A DNA stretch of 64,000 nucleotides, taken from contig BCKQ01000012.1 of the NCBI GenBank assembly GCA_001600695.1, positions 210,807 to 274,806 on the forward strand. The letters are read 5' to 3'. Positions 1 to 11,142 of the stretch are shown piece after piece. The notes beneath the pieces are model-generated. The model had not been told where the DNA came from. It did not search any database and was given only the letters and a program-made list of their open reading frames with translations. The translations under genes and the position numbers were made by a program. Source of the stretch: Ascoidea asiatica JCM 7603 (taxonomy: Eukaryota > Fungi > Ascomycota). Within the stretch, counting starts at the first letter, position 1. Every line of letters starts with the position of its first letter.

Positions 1-2
1 AT

Positions 3-1478
3 ATTTTATCTTCATTACCAGTACAAAATAAAGATTTGACATATTTACCATTATATAGTTCTTTTTATCCAACTAAATTTTCACCTAATCTTTTACTTAG
101 TAATTCAATCATCAATCCAATTTCTAATCCAATTCCATTACAAAATCATTCATCAGCATCTATCAATTTCAAAAATAATTTAAATAATAATTTAGGTATA
201 AATACTTCTATCAATATAAATCAATCTTCAATTTCGAAACCTATTTCAAAAGAAGATTCAATTTCTTCAGCGTCTTTGATACCTAATGTAATTCCTACAT
301 ATACTCCTTTCAACTATTATAATAATCCTTTTCCATATTTTCCTATTCAAGATTCTTTAAATCAACAATCTAATTCAAATTCTTTTCAAAAATTAGAGCC
401 TCAGTTGGATTCTCAATCCAAATTCATATATGATTCAAATGGTATTTATAAGCTTAATACAAATGTTAAAATTGAATCTCAAACTGAAAACCATAGTTCA
501 TTACAAGATTTTAATCTTAATTCAACAAGTTATTCAAACAACTTTTTAAATTTTCAACCTAATTTTAATTTTAACGAATTCAATTCACTTAATTCTTTTA
601 AAAATTGTGTATCTCCTTTAGAAAATTCTTTACCAAAACAAAATAATAATAATTTGAAATCAAACGTTAAAACAAAATTGAAATTTAGATTAAAATCGAA
701 TGTTAAATCAAATACAAACAGAAGACCATTTTCTTGTAATTTTAATAATTGTTCATGGTCTTTTACAAGACAATCCGATTTAAGAAGACATATGAAATCT
801 CATAAAAATCCAGATTTTCATTGTCCATATTATAAAAATAATCCAACTTGCCATAAAAATGGTGGAGGTTTTAATAGATTAGATGTTTTAAAAAGACATT
901 TAAAACTTGTTCATTATAAAATTGATAAATCAAATTTCAATCCATTAACAAAAGAAGATCCAGGTAATTGTAAATATTGTAATAGATTTTTCCAGAATTC
1001 AAAATTATTTATTACTCATTGTTTAAATTGTGCAAACAAGAGTAAGTTAAATGAATTCGATATTCAGTCTAGAATAATTTCATCACAGAATACAAATTTG
1101 AATAATTCTTCAAAAAGTTTATTAAATAATTCATTTGATACTCCAATAATTACAATGGAAGAAGAAATTGCTAATATTTTAGCTAAAAATTCTGTTAATT
1201 ATCCTTTAAAGTTTAATAATCTCGGTAATGAAGAATTAAATCTTTCAAATACTGTTCATATCAATGATATTCATGAAAATATTAATAAGCAAATTAATAA
1301 TATTGATCAAAATGAGGATGACTTTAAGATAAAAACTTCTTTAGCTATACTTGAGTCTTATGAATCAAACTCGAATTTAAAGAGAGCAAATACAGAATTA
1401 AAACCAGCAGAAGAAATTTTGGATTTTGAATTACATCCCTCTAATAAAAAAATAAGTAAACGTATCAAACCAAATTAG
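3..1478 (+). CDS. C2H2 zinc-finger transcription factor, 5'-truncated by the window edge
   Basis: FSCNFNNCSWSFTRQSDLRRHMKSH finger, followed by HCPY...CHKNGGGFNRLDVLKRHLKLVH and CKYC...HCLNC. The track start at 36 is TTG and the frame stays open back to position 3, so the real ATG probably lies upstream of the window. Confidence 0.8.
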   Translation: MLSSLPVQNKDLTYLPLYSSFYPTKFSPNLLLSNSIINPISNPIPLQNHSSASINFKNNLNNNLGINTSININQSSISKPISKEDSISSASLIPNVIPTYTPFNYYNNPFPYFPIQDSLNQQSNSNSFQKLEPQLDSQSKFIYDSNGIYKLNTNVKIESQTENHSSLQDFNLNSTSYSNNFLNFQPNFNFNEFNSLNSFKNCVSPLENSLPKQNNNNLKSNVKTKLKFRLKSNVKSNTNRRPFSCNFNNCSWSFTRQSDLRRHMKSHKNPDFHCPYYKNNPTCHKNGGGFNRLDVLKRHLKLVHYKIDKSNFNPLTKEDPGNCKYCNRFFQNSKLFITHCLNCANKSKLNEFDIQSRIISSQNTNLNNSSKSLLNNSFDTPIITMEEEIANILAKNSVNYPLKFNNLGNEELNLSNTVHINDIHENINKQINNIDQNEDDFKIKTSLAILESYESNSNLKRANTELKPAEEILDFELHPSNKKISKRIKPN

Positions 1479-1943
1479 CTTATTTACTAAATTCCATCAT
1501 TTTATTGTTTCTTCGTTTCATTGTCTAATTGTTTCTGTATTCTAGCATATCGACATAATAGCATAATAGTATTTTAGCATTTTAACATATTTTTATTCTA
1601 CTCTAGTTAAGTTATTTTTTTACCTTTAACATTTCCCTCAATTCATTTATCAATGTTGCATTATATTAACTTTTTTAAATTTTTTAGTTTATGTATATTA
1701 TTTCATATTATTATTATATTATCTAGTGTATAATTATAATCAATATAATTTTATCTACGTTTTGATAAGGTGAATTTAAAAAACTAAAAAAAATTTATTG
1801 CAATATTAAATTGCTCTAACTAAAAAAGAAATAAGATAAATTCCAATAAAACGGAATATCTAGAAAATCATAAGATCATGAAAATAAAAAAAATGGAAAT
1901 AAAAAAATAGTATGTATATAAGAAAAACAAAGGAAAACTTTGT

Positions 1944-2417
1944 TTAACAGGAATATGATTTATAATCGACAAAAACATTTGCATTATCATTGAAGGAATC
2001 AACTTCCATTTCAATTTTTTTACCATCATCAACTTCAGCAGAATATTTATAAACCAATTTATCACCAAGATCTTCAGTTTCGGATAATTTCAAATTTGGG
2101 AAATTTTTCTTTAAATGTTGATTTAAATGTCTAACAAATTTCTTATTTTTTTTATTCATTGAAGGTTTTATTTTTTCAGGATCATTATGACAAGAATTTA
2201 AAACAAATTTAGGAATATAATTAACTTGAGCATGAACTAATTTTTCATTATCAATTTCGGTTTTAAAAGAATCTAAATCATCAAATATTAAAATACCCTC
2301 TTTAGTTACTTGAGATCTCTGTTTTGAAGAACCTTTTTTACCACCTTTTTTACCTTTCTTAGTATTATCGTTTTCACCAGCTAAAGTTTTTTCAATTGAA
2401 GATAAAATATCTGACAT
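1944..2417 (-). CDS. RGI1: Respiratory growth induced protein (Rgi1/Rgi2 family)
   Basis: IFDDLDSF, NYIPKFVL..CHNDPEKI, KKFVRHLNQH and VFVDYKS resemble the yeast Rgi1 motifs (YYPPFVL..SHEDPEKI, KKFVRHLHQH, VFVDYKT). Confidence 0.88.
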   Translation of the reverse strand: MSDILSSIEKTLAGENDNTKKGKKGGKKGSSKQRSQVTKEGILIFDDLDSFKTEIDNEKLVHAQVNYIPKFVLNSCHNDPEKIKPSMNKKNKKFVRHLNQHLKKNFPNLKLSETEDLGDKLVYKYSAEVDDGKKIEMEVDSFNDNANVFVDYKSYSC

Positions 2418-4751
2418 TTTTGAATTTGAAAATTAATTGAGTTTTGATTGATTGTTTTTTAATAAGTTAACCGAATTAATCGAGTTAATTGAGTTGAATT
2501 GAGTTTTTATAGAAATTAGTATAATTGAATTTAATTGAGTTTTTATTATAATTATTTACAATTATATATTATTGGATAATGAATAGAAAAAAAAAAGAAA
2601 AGAAATATTTAATTATAATAAAATGATAATGAATTCTTATTATTTATATTCTATTTTCTTTTCATTTTGTTCAAGTAATTGAATTGAATTGAATTAATAT
2701 TAAACGCAGTTGAAATAAAAATGCTAATAGTTGTCAATTACTTAACTAGTTAATGGTAATGTAATTTTCATCTCTTGACAATTTAATTTCATGACAATTG
2801 TCATTAGAATCATATTAGAATTGGGTGGCAATGAATATACTCTTTGAAGGTCTTTAATGATAGTTTAATTGAACTCTGGTGAATAAGAAATAAATAAATG
2901 GAATGAAATAAAGATAAAAGAAGATAAAAGAAAGAATATTCAGCTATTTACCCCATAACCCCATACTCGCATAGACCTCACCGACTTGAGTGATCGCAGG
3001 TTAGAAGCGATGCTTGGAGGTTTGTTCAGTTTCTAGAGGGTACTAGTAGTAGTATAGCCGACTACATATGGGTCTGGCTAAATAACGGTATTACGCTTTA
3101 CGGGGTTAATGACATGTAAAAGAACCATGACGAATCACTCAAATCTCGAATATTCCAAACAGGTGAGTGAAAAGACTCGAGTACTGGATTGAAAGTTGTT
3201 TAAAGAATTCATTTCTTAGAAGAATCAAGTGATAAAAAGCTTACTAGCTTCTTCCTAAGCTGAAATAATCATAAGCCTATCAGACTACAAACTATTCCAG
3301 AATTTGCAATTAAAATAAGAATACAAAATACTATCCTGATTCTTTCAATATGGTTTATTTTCACTAATTAAAAATATAAAATCAAACATGATTATTAAAT
3401 CAAGAATCACTGAATTTGTATTAAGAGAGATTAATCATTAAAAACCAGTCTAAATTTTGCTGATATATTAAGTAAATATATACTCTAATTTCAAAAGTGA
3501 TTTTTCCAGATTCATTATTATGAATTAGAAAAAGAGTATTATCAAATGAATAATGTCAAATGAATAAAGCAAATATACTATTTTATAAAATAACTTTCTA
3601 TAAAAAAGCTATTTAGCTATTTTAGATATCATAAAAACATCAATTGATTAAGTAAATTTAACGTGGAAGTTCTTTTGTTTTGTGACAAAATTAAAAGTTT
3701 TTTAATTGAAATAACAGAAAAACTATAAGTGTTAAAAATAAGAATAAATATAAAAATATACAAATAAGTTAGTATAATTTAGGCAAAATTCTGGAAATTT
3801 TGACAAATCCTATTCAGAAAATATGCAGCCAAAAGAAGGATACATATATTTAATTATTTAATGTGTTTTTAACTATAAATTTAGCTGGAATCATTATAAA
3901 AAAAGTAAGTCCAGTCTCACATTTCCGATAATAGAAACAAAAAAGAAATTAGATTATTAATTTTTTTAGAGTTTAAAAGTGATTTAACGTGAAGCTTGGA
4001 AGTGAGACTTTATGATTTAGTGAAAAAAAAATTTAATTATTCAAACTACTTCAATTTTAATTTCAATTTTCAAATTGATAAATTGTAATTAAAGCAGTCA
4101 ATGAATTTATTAAAGTACAATTATAAAGGAGTTAAGGATCTCGGAAAAACTTCGAGAAAACCCTTACTTTAGGATGCATGTTTATCGGCCTTTTAATACA
4201 TGCCAATGCTGAATTCCGGTGGTTGCCGAAATGCTCACCATTAAATTACCCTAAATTAATTAATAATTTCAAATAGTCACCTGACCAAATAATACAACTT
4301 CCTCAGAACTGGTCTCCAATGCAATTTTCTTTTTTTTTGCAAAGAAAAATAATCACTGAATTTTGTGTTGATGGGAACGGGCTTTACTTGCTTTCTTCGG
4401 ACGGATATAAATCTTCTCCGTCGGAAAACCCATTCTTTTTATTGTTAAAAATGGCTTTAATGAAAAGTTTTTGAAATATTGACTGAAATATCATTCTACT
4501 TTAGAGGTTTTAATGCTAAATTCCATCCAATTCACAATGAAATTGAATAAATAATAAATATATTGATTATACCTAGATTAGAGAGATTCAATTTCAGTCT
4601 AAAATAATGGCTTTAAGAATTATATAAATTTAAGATGAATTGCACACATAATATTTTTTTAGAATTTTTTTTCATCCTGTTTTATTATTTTAATTATATT
4701 TACATTAATATAAAGTATTTTATAAAAAAATAATAAAATCTAATAATTAAA

Positions 4752-5780
4752 ATGTCAGTTTCTTATAGAAATCTTGGAAAATCCGGTTTAAAAATTTCCA
4801 ATATTATTATTGGTTGTGGTCAATTTGGTTATAAATCATCTGGTTCTTGGGTTGAAGAAAATGAAGAAAAAATATTTAAAATTTTAAAAAAATCTTATGA
4901 TATTGGTATTAGAACTTTTGATACTGCTGATTCTTATTCAAATGGTTATTCTGAGATTTTATTAGGTAAATTTCTTAAAAAATATAAAATTAAAAGAGAT
5001 ACTGTTGTAATTTTATCAAAATGTTTTAATTATGTAAATTATAAAAATCCAAGAGCTTCAATGTTTGAAAATTATGATATAAAAGATACTTTGAATTCTA
5101 AAGGTTTATCAAGAAAACATATCTTTCATGCAATTGAAGATTCAATGTTAAGATTAGGTACTTACATTGATGTTTATCAAATTCATAGACTTGATCATGA
5201 AACTCCACCTGAAGAGATTATGAAAGCTTTAAATGATATTGTTGAAAAAAATTATGCAAGATATATTGGTGCTTCAACAATGTATACATATGAATTTATA
5301 AATTTACAAAATATTGCTGAAAAAAATGGTTGGCATAAATTTATTTCAATGCAAAATTATATTAATCCAATTTATAGAGAACAAGAAAATGAAATGATAC
5401 CATATTGTCAAATTAATAATATTGGTATAATTCCATGGTCTTCAAATGCTGGTGGATTTCTTACACGTCCTTTTAAAAATCTAAAAGATACTCCAAGATC
5501 AAAAGTTTCTTTATCATTTTTTGAAACATTTTCTGGAAAATTTAATAAATCAACTGAAAATATAATTAATGCAATTGAAAAAATTTCGAAACAAAGAAAT
5601 GTTTCAATGGCTTCAATCTCAATTGCTTGGTCTATAAGTAAAGGATTTTCTCCAATTGTTGGAATTAATTCTGAATCTAGAGTTGATGATGCTGTTATTG
5701 GTGCAAACCTCGTTTTAACAAAAGATGAAATCAATCAAATTGAAGAACCATATACACCAAGACCATATATAATTTTCTAG
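4752..5780 (+). CDS. Aldo-keto reductase, aryl-alcohol dehydrogenase-like (YPL088W / Candida IFD-CSH1 type)
   Basis: YRNLGKSGLKIS, FDTADSYSNGYSE (catalytic D/Y), ILSKCF (K), GLSRKHI, RLGTYIDVYQIHRLD, YIGAS, SMQNY, IPWS. Confidence 0.93.
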   Translation: MSVSYRNLGKSGLKISNIIIGCGQFGYKSSGSWVEENEEKIFKILKKSYDIGIRTFDTADSYSNGYSEILLGKFLKKYKIKRDTVVILSKCFNYVNYKNPRASMFENYDIKDTLNSKGLSRKHIFHAIEDSMLRLGTYIDVYQIHRLDHETPPEEIMKALNDIVEKNYARYIGASTMYTYEFINLQNIAEKNGWHKFISMQNYINPIYREQENEMIPYCQINNIGIIPWSSNAGGFLTRPFKNLKDTPRSKVSLSFFETFSGKFNKSTENIINAIEKISKQRNVSMASISIAWSISKGFSPIVGINSESRVDDAVIGANLVLTKDEINQIEEPYTPRPYIIF

Positions 5781-6000
5781 TAAATAAATAACTTACTTGA
5801 TTAACTTTTGATTTTTTTCTCATTTATTTTGAAATAAGAAGCTTCAGTTATATATTAACGAGTATACTGTATATATTTTTCACCACAATACACTTACAAT
5901 TTTCTGGTTGGTTAACTATTTCCAAGAACTAAAAAAATAAACTGAAAATAGATATGAATGTTTTATTGGAAAAATATTATAACAATTATATAAATTTATA

Positions 6001-7062
6001 TTATGCATGAATTGGATTATTAGATATATCTTCGTTTTCATATTCAATTTCCACTTCCATTTTTGGAATTGAACGTATTTTTCTTTTCTTTTTAGAATTA
6101 TCTTTTTTATTTGATTTTATTCTCTTATTTGATTTCTTATCTTTCTTTTTATTGTCATTATCATCATCATCGTCATCATCATCATCTGATAAAGATAATT
6201 GTAAATCATTTTCAGATAAATCTTCATCTTCATCAGAAGAAGCTTCATCATTATCACTATCAGAAAATTCTTGATCAGATACACCATTATCTAACATTTG
6301 TTGAAGATCTTCAATATTTACTAAATTTTCTTCATCATCGTCATCTTCAACATATTCTACTTTACCCACATCTTCATCATCTTCTTCTTCATATTCTTCC
6401 TCGAATTCTTCTTCTTCTTCATCTTCTAATTCTTGTAATTCATTAATATCATCTTTATTAGAGTTATTAATTTTATTTAAAACTTTTTTCCAAATTTCTT
6501 CATTAACATTTAATGGATTATCACCATATGAACCAGTTTTTAATCTATTTAATAATTCTGATTCAATAGATTTTTCAATTTTTGCTGCAACTAAAGCTTT
6601 TCTTTCTCTATTTTTTTCTCTTCTATTTAATTTATGATTTATATTAGTTATATGAGTTTCACTTTTTGATTCATTTAATTGAATTCTTCTTTCAGTTATC
6701 ATAACTTGAGTTAATTTAGTTAATCTTTGTTTACATTTATGAATTAAAAATTTATTCCAATATAATAAATGATCATCTATTTGTTTCAAAGAAGTTTTAT
6801 AATTTCTACTTAATTTAATTCTTTCCCATAATTTATTTGGTGTATGTTGTCTTTCAACAGTTTTCATATATAAATATAATATACCATTTATATTTTTAAT
6901 TGTTGCATATTTTGAATTTGCTAATGGACATGATTGTCTTGAACATAAACCTGTTACATTATATTCATTTCTACAAAAATTTTGATCTCTTGTTATTGTT
7001 GATTTTGCTTTAAAAGCACAAAAATGCTGATTTATACATTGCCAAATTATTTCATCTGACAT
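6001..7062 (-). CDS. MAK16: 60S ribosome biogenesis protein Mak16
   Basis: [58 protein letters not shown], acidic C-terminal half ending EVEIEYE. Confidence 0.97.
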   Translation of the reverse strand: MSDEIIWQCINQHFCAFKAKSTITRDQNFCRNEYNVTGLCSRQSCPLANSKYATIKNINGILYLYMKTVERQHTPNKLWERIKLSRNYKTSLKQIDDHLLYWNKFLIHKCKQRLTKLTQVMITERRIQLNESKSETHITNINHKLNRREKNRERKALVAAKIEKSIESELLNRLKTGSYGDNPLNVNEEIWKKVLNKINNSNKDDINELQELEDEEEEEFEEEYEEEDDEDVGKVEYVEDDDDEENLVNIEDLQQMLDNGVSDQEFSDSDNDEASSDEDEDLSENDLQLSLSDDDDDDDDDNDNKKKDKKSNKRIKSNKKDNSKKKRKIRSIPKMEVEIEYENEDISNNPIHA

Positions 7063-7233
7063 TTTGAATAATATTATAAAAAGAAGTAAAACAAAATAAA
7101 GAACTTGATAAGAGAAGTGAAATTATATAAAGATTGTAAACAAAACAAGCAGCTAAAAAAAAATTTATCTAGCATAATTGAAAATGAAAAATATTAAACA
7201 TCGACAAACTCACATACAAATTTCAACAAAAAT

Positions 7234-7283
7234 AAAATTTTTTTCCAGCCCTCGGAAGAAAAAAAAAAAAAATATTTCACGTG
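7234..7283. promoter_or_regulatory. RRPE-like element and Cbf1-type E-box upstream of MAK16
   Basis: AAAATTTTTTTCC at 7234-7246 and TCACGTG at 7277-7283, upstream of a ribosome-biogenesis gene. Confidence 0.45.
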
Positions 7284-7351
7284 GTTAGAAGCCGGATTTA
7301 ATATTTGTATACTGCTCTCAGATTTATAACATTTTACATTCCCAACAATTT

Positions 7352-7424
7352 GGGCGTGTAGCGCAGTTGGTAGCGCGTCTGCTTTGCATGCAGAAGGTCT
7401 CTGGTTCGATTCCTGACTCGTCCA
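7352..7424 (+). tRNA. tRNA-Ala(UGC), intronless
   Basis: Cloverleaf: acceptor GGGCGTG/CTCGTCC with the G3:U70 Ala determinant, D arm GCGC-AGTTGGTA-GCGC, anticodon stem TCTGC/GCAGA with loop TTTGCAT (TGC at 7385-7387), T loop TTCGATT, discriminator A. A T-run (Pol III terminator) follows at about 7428-7434. Confidence 0.96.
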
Positions 7425-7628
7425 TTGTTTTTTTGATTTTTGCTTTTTGTTTTTCGTGGTTCATAAATTTTAATAAAAATAGAACTTTGAATAAAAAAAG
7501 AACTTTGAATTCCAGATATCTCTGTCTTTTATTATACTTTAAAAGCACTATTATCAATAATAATTGTTTCTTGGTTCATGATACATTCTAAGTACAAAGG
7601 AGTATTGATTCTACTTTTCTTTTCTTTA

Positions 7629-8699
7629 ATGATGATCCCATTGTCAAGGTTACTTGCTAATTCCAAGATGTTACCAAACACAACTTTTCAAAGACTTTTG
7701 ATGACTTCAAATCATTTAAAATCAAATAATTCAAGTACTTTAAAGAAAAGCAGTGATAATTTTTTGAGTGATATTGGATCCAGTTATGAATTGGTTAATC
7801 AAGGTTCGAAATTTACCAAAGATTTCAAAGTTTATGCTACTAAGAAAGATAAAGAGAATAATAATAATAACAAGCTAATTTCATTTTTTCATGATATTCC
7901 CATTGATTTAAATTTAACAGAAAAAACATGTAATATGATTATTGAAATTCCAAAATGGTCAAATGCAAAATTTGAAATTAGTAAAAAATTACCATATAAT
8001 CCAATAGTTCAAGATATTAAAAAAAATAAAATAAGATTTATTAAAAATATTTTTCCATTTAAAGGTTATATCACAAATTATGGAGCAATTCCACAAACTT
8101 GGGAAAATCCAACAGTTTTAAATAAAGAACTTGGAAATTTACAAGGTGATAATGATCCTTTAGATATTTGTGACATAAGTATGAATTTACCTGTATCAAA
8201 TATTAAAATTGGTGAAATTATTAAAGTTAAAATTCTTGGTAGTTTGGCTTTAATTGATGATGGTGAATTAGATTGGAAAATTATCTCAATTAATTTAAAA
8301 GATCCAATGAGTGAAAAACTTAATGATATTAAAGATATTGAAGAAGTTTATCCAAATTTTTTAAAAAATCTTAAAAATTGGTTTAAAAATTATAAAATTC
8401 CAGATGGTAAACCGGAAAATAAATTTGCAATGAATGGTAATTTTTTAAATTCTTTAGAAACTTTGAAAATAATTCAAAATTGTAATAATGATTGGAAATT
8501 TTTAATCAATAATCAGATTAATTTAGCTAAAGATGTTAATTTTGATCTAAAAGATTTACCTTTAACAATTAACTCTTTTCAAAAGGATACTAACAATTAT
8601 AATCCAAATCCCAATTATGCTGAATTCATTAAAAGTGATAAACTAAATCAAATTGATAATGAATTTCCTGCTGAAGTTGATAAATCGTATTTTATATAA
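7629..8699 (+). CDS. PPA2: Family I inorganic pyrophosphatase, probably mitochondrial
   Basis: SFFHDIP, EIPKWSNAKFEI, NYGAIPQTWE, GDNDPLD, LIDDGELDWK, WFKNYKIPDGKPEN. The N-terminal extension is basic, Ser-rich and acid-free (presequence-like). Start is uncertain: ATG at 7578, 7629 or 7632. Confidence 0.88.
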   Translation: MMIPLSRLLANSKMLPNTTFQRLLMTSNHLKSNNSSTLKKSSDNFLSDIGSSYELVNQGSKFTKDFKVYATKKDKENNNNNKLISFFHDIPIDLNLTEKTCNMIIEIPKWSNAKFEISKKLPYNPIVQDIKKNKIRFIKNIFPFKGYITNYGAIPQTWENPTVLNKELGNLQGDNDPLDICDISMNLPVSNIKIGEIIKVKILGSLALIDDGELDWKIISINLKDPMSEKLNDIKDIEEVYPNFLKNLKNWFKNYKIPDGKPENKFAMNGNFLNSLETLKIIQNCNNDWKFLINNQINLAKDVNFDLKDLPLTINSFQKDTNNYNPNPNYAEFIKSDKLNQIDNEFPAEVDKSYFI

Positions 8700-9123
8700 A
8701 CGCTGTTTCATGAACTGTAAATAACTAAATGAACAATTAAATAATCACTTAAATAATCAATCAATTAATGAACAAAATAAATAATTTGAAAAAAAATAAA
8801 TGAAAATTTTTTTGATTGATTTACATTGGGGCCAATTTTACGGTTCTTCTTTGAAAAGTATAGAAAGTTTCTGTTTTAAACCAATAAAATAAAATATCTT
8901 GCTTAATTTGCTCAATTTGCAACAAATTAATTGTTCAAACTGTTTGAAAATGATCTAAAAATTACGAATAATTAAATTGTCACCTAATTTAACTCATTCC
9001 AACCATGTTAGTTTCACTATCACAAACACATAAATACGTCTTCTCAAAAGAATATTATTTGAACCAAAAATATATGCAGCTTCTCAAAAAGAAATAGTAT
9101 TCAAAATGCTTTTTTTCTTTGAG

Positions 9124-9138
9124 TTCCGTATTAGGAAA
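9124..9138. promoter_or_regulatory. Mcm1 (MADS-box)-type site upstream of the cell-wall gene
   Basis: TTCCGTATTAGGAAA, reverse complement TTTCCTAATACGGAA; fits CC-N6-GG with TTT/AAA flanks. Confidence 0.5.
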
Positions 9139-9581
9139 CTGCAGCTTTCTCTCCTTCTCGAAAATTTTCAATCTTTATTTTTTTTAGTTTCTTTTAAATG
9201 TGTTGAAACCCTTTATTTTAAGCCAATTTTTGAGTAGGTTTTTTTCATTTGGGGCAACTGGGTTTCCTAATTTCATTATTAATTAATTTTTAGTTTCAAA
9301 TAATTATTGATACTAGTTTCTTTTAATCTTTTTTTTTGCTTTTCACTCATTGTTTTTTTAAAAATTTCCAATACTCTTTGAAAGATTTTACTTTCTCTTC
9401 AAACAAATATCATTTTTTATATAAATTAAACTCTTTCATCGTTGTTTCAATTTTATTCATTGCAATCTTGAATTAGAAAACCCATAAAAAGCATCATTTA
9501 TTTATCACAAGTTTAATTAAAATTGTTTAATCCTGAAAATTTCAATCATAATCATTTCTTCTCAAAAATAAAACTCAAAAA

Positions 9582-10349
9582 ATGAAATTAAATCCAATAT
9601 CAATAATTTTTCAAATCATCTTCTTATTAGCAACAAATATAAAAGCACTACCAACTTCATTTCAAAATAAAGAACTAATAAAAAGAGGTGATGATTTGAA
9701 TTCGTATCTTGAATCTTATCTATCTTCATATTGTGGTGGTACAGTTTGTGAAAAAGTTGTAACAGTATTTGATTCAAATAATTGTTCTGATTATGATACT
9801 GAGGAATTTGGTTCTGCTTTAGAATGTCTATGTGATTTAGATACAACTGATGAATTCTGGACATCTTTTTATAACTGTGCAGTTTGTGCTGATGTTGACT
9901 CTACTCCTGGCGATTCGGATGTTTCTGAAATAAAGGAAACATATTGTGCAACCTTTAAACAATATTTTGATAATAGTGACACACTTTCTTCTATAAGTGA
10001 GTCTTCAACAAGCACCGAAACTGCTTCTTCTTTATCATCATCTTCTTCTTCTTCATCGTTATCTTCTTCTTCATCGTCTTCATCGTCATCCTTTTCTTCA
10101 TCTTCACAAGTTAGTACCACAAAAAGTAGTACAGCTACGTCAGAATCATCAGCAGAGCCATCAGAGTCGTCTACTGAAGTTTCTTCTTCAACATTCTCAA
10201 CTTCCTCACTATCATCATCTTCATCATCATCATCTTCTTCAAGCTCTAGTTCTTCAAGTGAAGATTTAGGAAACAGTGTTTTCAGTAAAAACTCTATCTG
10301 TTCTTCTCTAATTTTGGCATTCTCTACAATTCTAATTTCACTAATATAA
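9582..10349 (+). CDS. Secreted, probably GPI-anchored cell-surface protein: 8-Cys domain plus Ser/Thr-rich stalk
   Basis: Hydrophobic signal peptide, IKR Kex2-type site at aa 33-35, Cys at aa 51, 56, 68, 82, 84, 99, 102 and 122, poly-Ser stalk, DLGNS candidate omega region, hydrophobic C-terminus. Confidence 0.85.
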   Translation: MKLNPISIIFQIIFLLATNIKALPTSFQNKELIKRGDDLNSYLESYLSSYCGGTVCEKVVTVFDSNNCSDYDTEEFGSALECLCDLDTTDEFWTSFYNCAVCADVDSTPGDSDVSEIKETYCATFKQYFDNSDTLSSISESSTSTETASSLSSSSSSSSLSSSSSSSSSSFSSSSQVSTTKSSTATSESSAEPSESSTEVSSSTFSTSSLSSSSSSSSSSSSSSSSEDLGNSVFSKNSICSSLILAFSTILISLI

Positions 10350-11142
10350 TTAGAAGAAAAGAAAATATATAAATAAAATATCCTTTTTTTTTTTTTATCT
10401 TTTAAATTCCTGCATTGTTGTGATGACTTTTAATTTACAATTCTTTTTTCTTTTATATATACGTAATAAAAAAAATATTTTTTCTAAAGCTGTATGAAAT
10501 TTTGTGGGAGTTCTGAAAAGAGTTCTTTTAAACTTTTAATAAATTCGAAATTTTGTAAATTAGTTTTATTTCACGTATAGCTTTTTGAATTACAATCAAT
10601 TTGTTTTACAAATCATACAGAAATTAAGTTAAAGATTGAGTTTATTATCATTATTATCATTATTATTGTTATCATTTGCTAAATAGAGCATAAAAGGTGC
10701 AAAATTAACTTGATTTTAGGACTGTCAAAATATTTTAAAAAATTCTCACAACATATTCAATATATACAAGTATTCACAAGAATTGAATAGGAGCAACATA
10801 AAGGAGACTTGAAGAATCTCATTTATTAAAGTAATGAAAAACAACCAAAGCAAATATACAAATAATGGATCATATTTACAAAACCATTCCATAAAAAGTC
10901 ATTACTTATTAGCAAACCATTAGAATTTTTGTCAGCAAAAAAAAAGAAAAGAGAAGCAAGTCATAATTCAGCAAAATAAAAAAGTAAAAGAAAAAGCAAA
11001 AATATAAAAAATATATCATATCATGTCATAATCAATATATACAGGCATAAACAAGAATTGAAATAAAATAAAAATAAAAATAAAATATAGTAAAGTTAAG
11101 TAATATAATAAAGTTAAGTGAAATAAAAAAGTGAGATAAAAA

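Noticed and set aside
3723-3774. Minus-strand TACTAAC (3774-3768) followed by a T-rich tract and TAG (3725-3723)
   Set aside because: Looks like an intron 3' end, but I found no convincing nearby donor and no recognisable downstream reading frame.
7324-7591. Two short ORFs over 7324-7591
   Set aside because: They overlap the tRNA-Ala gene and its terminator.
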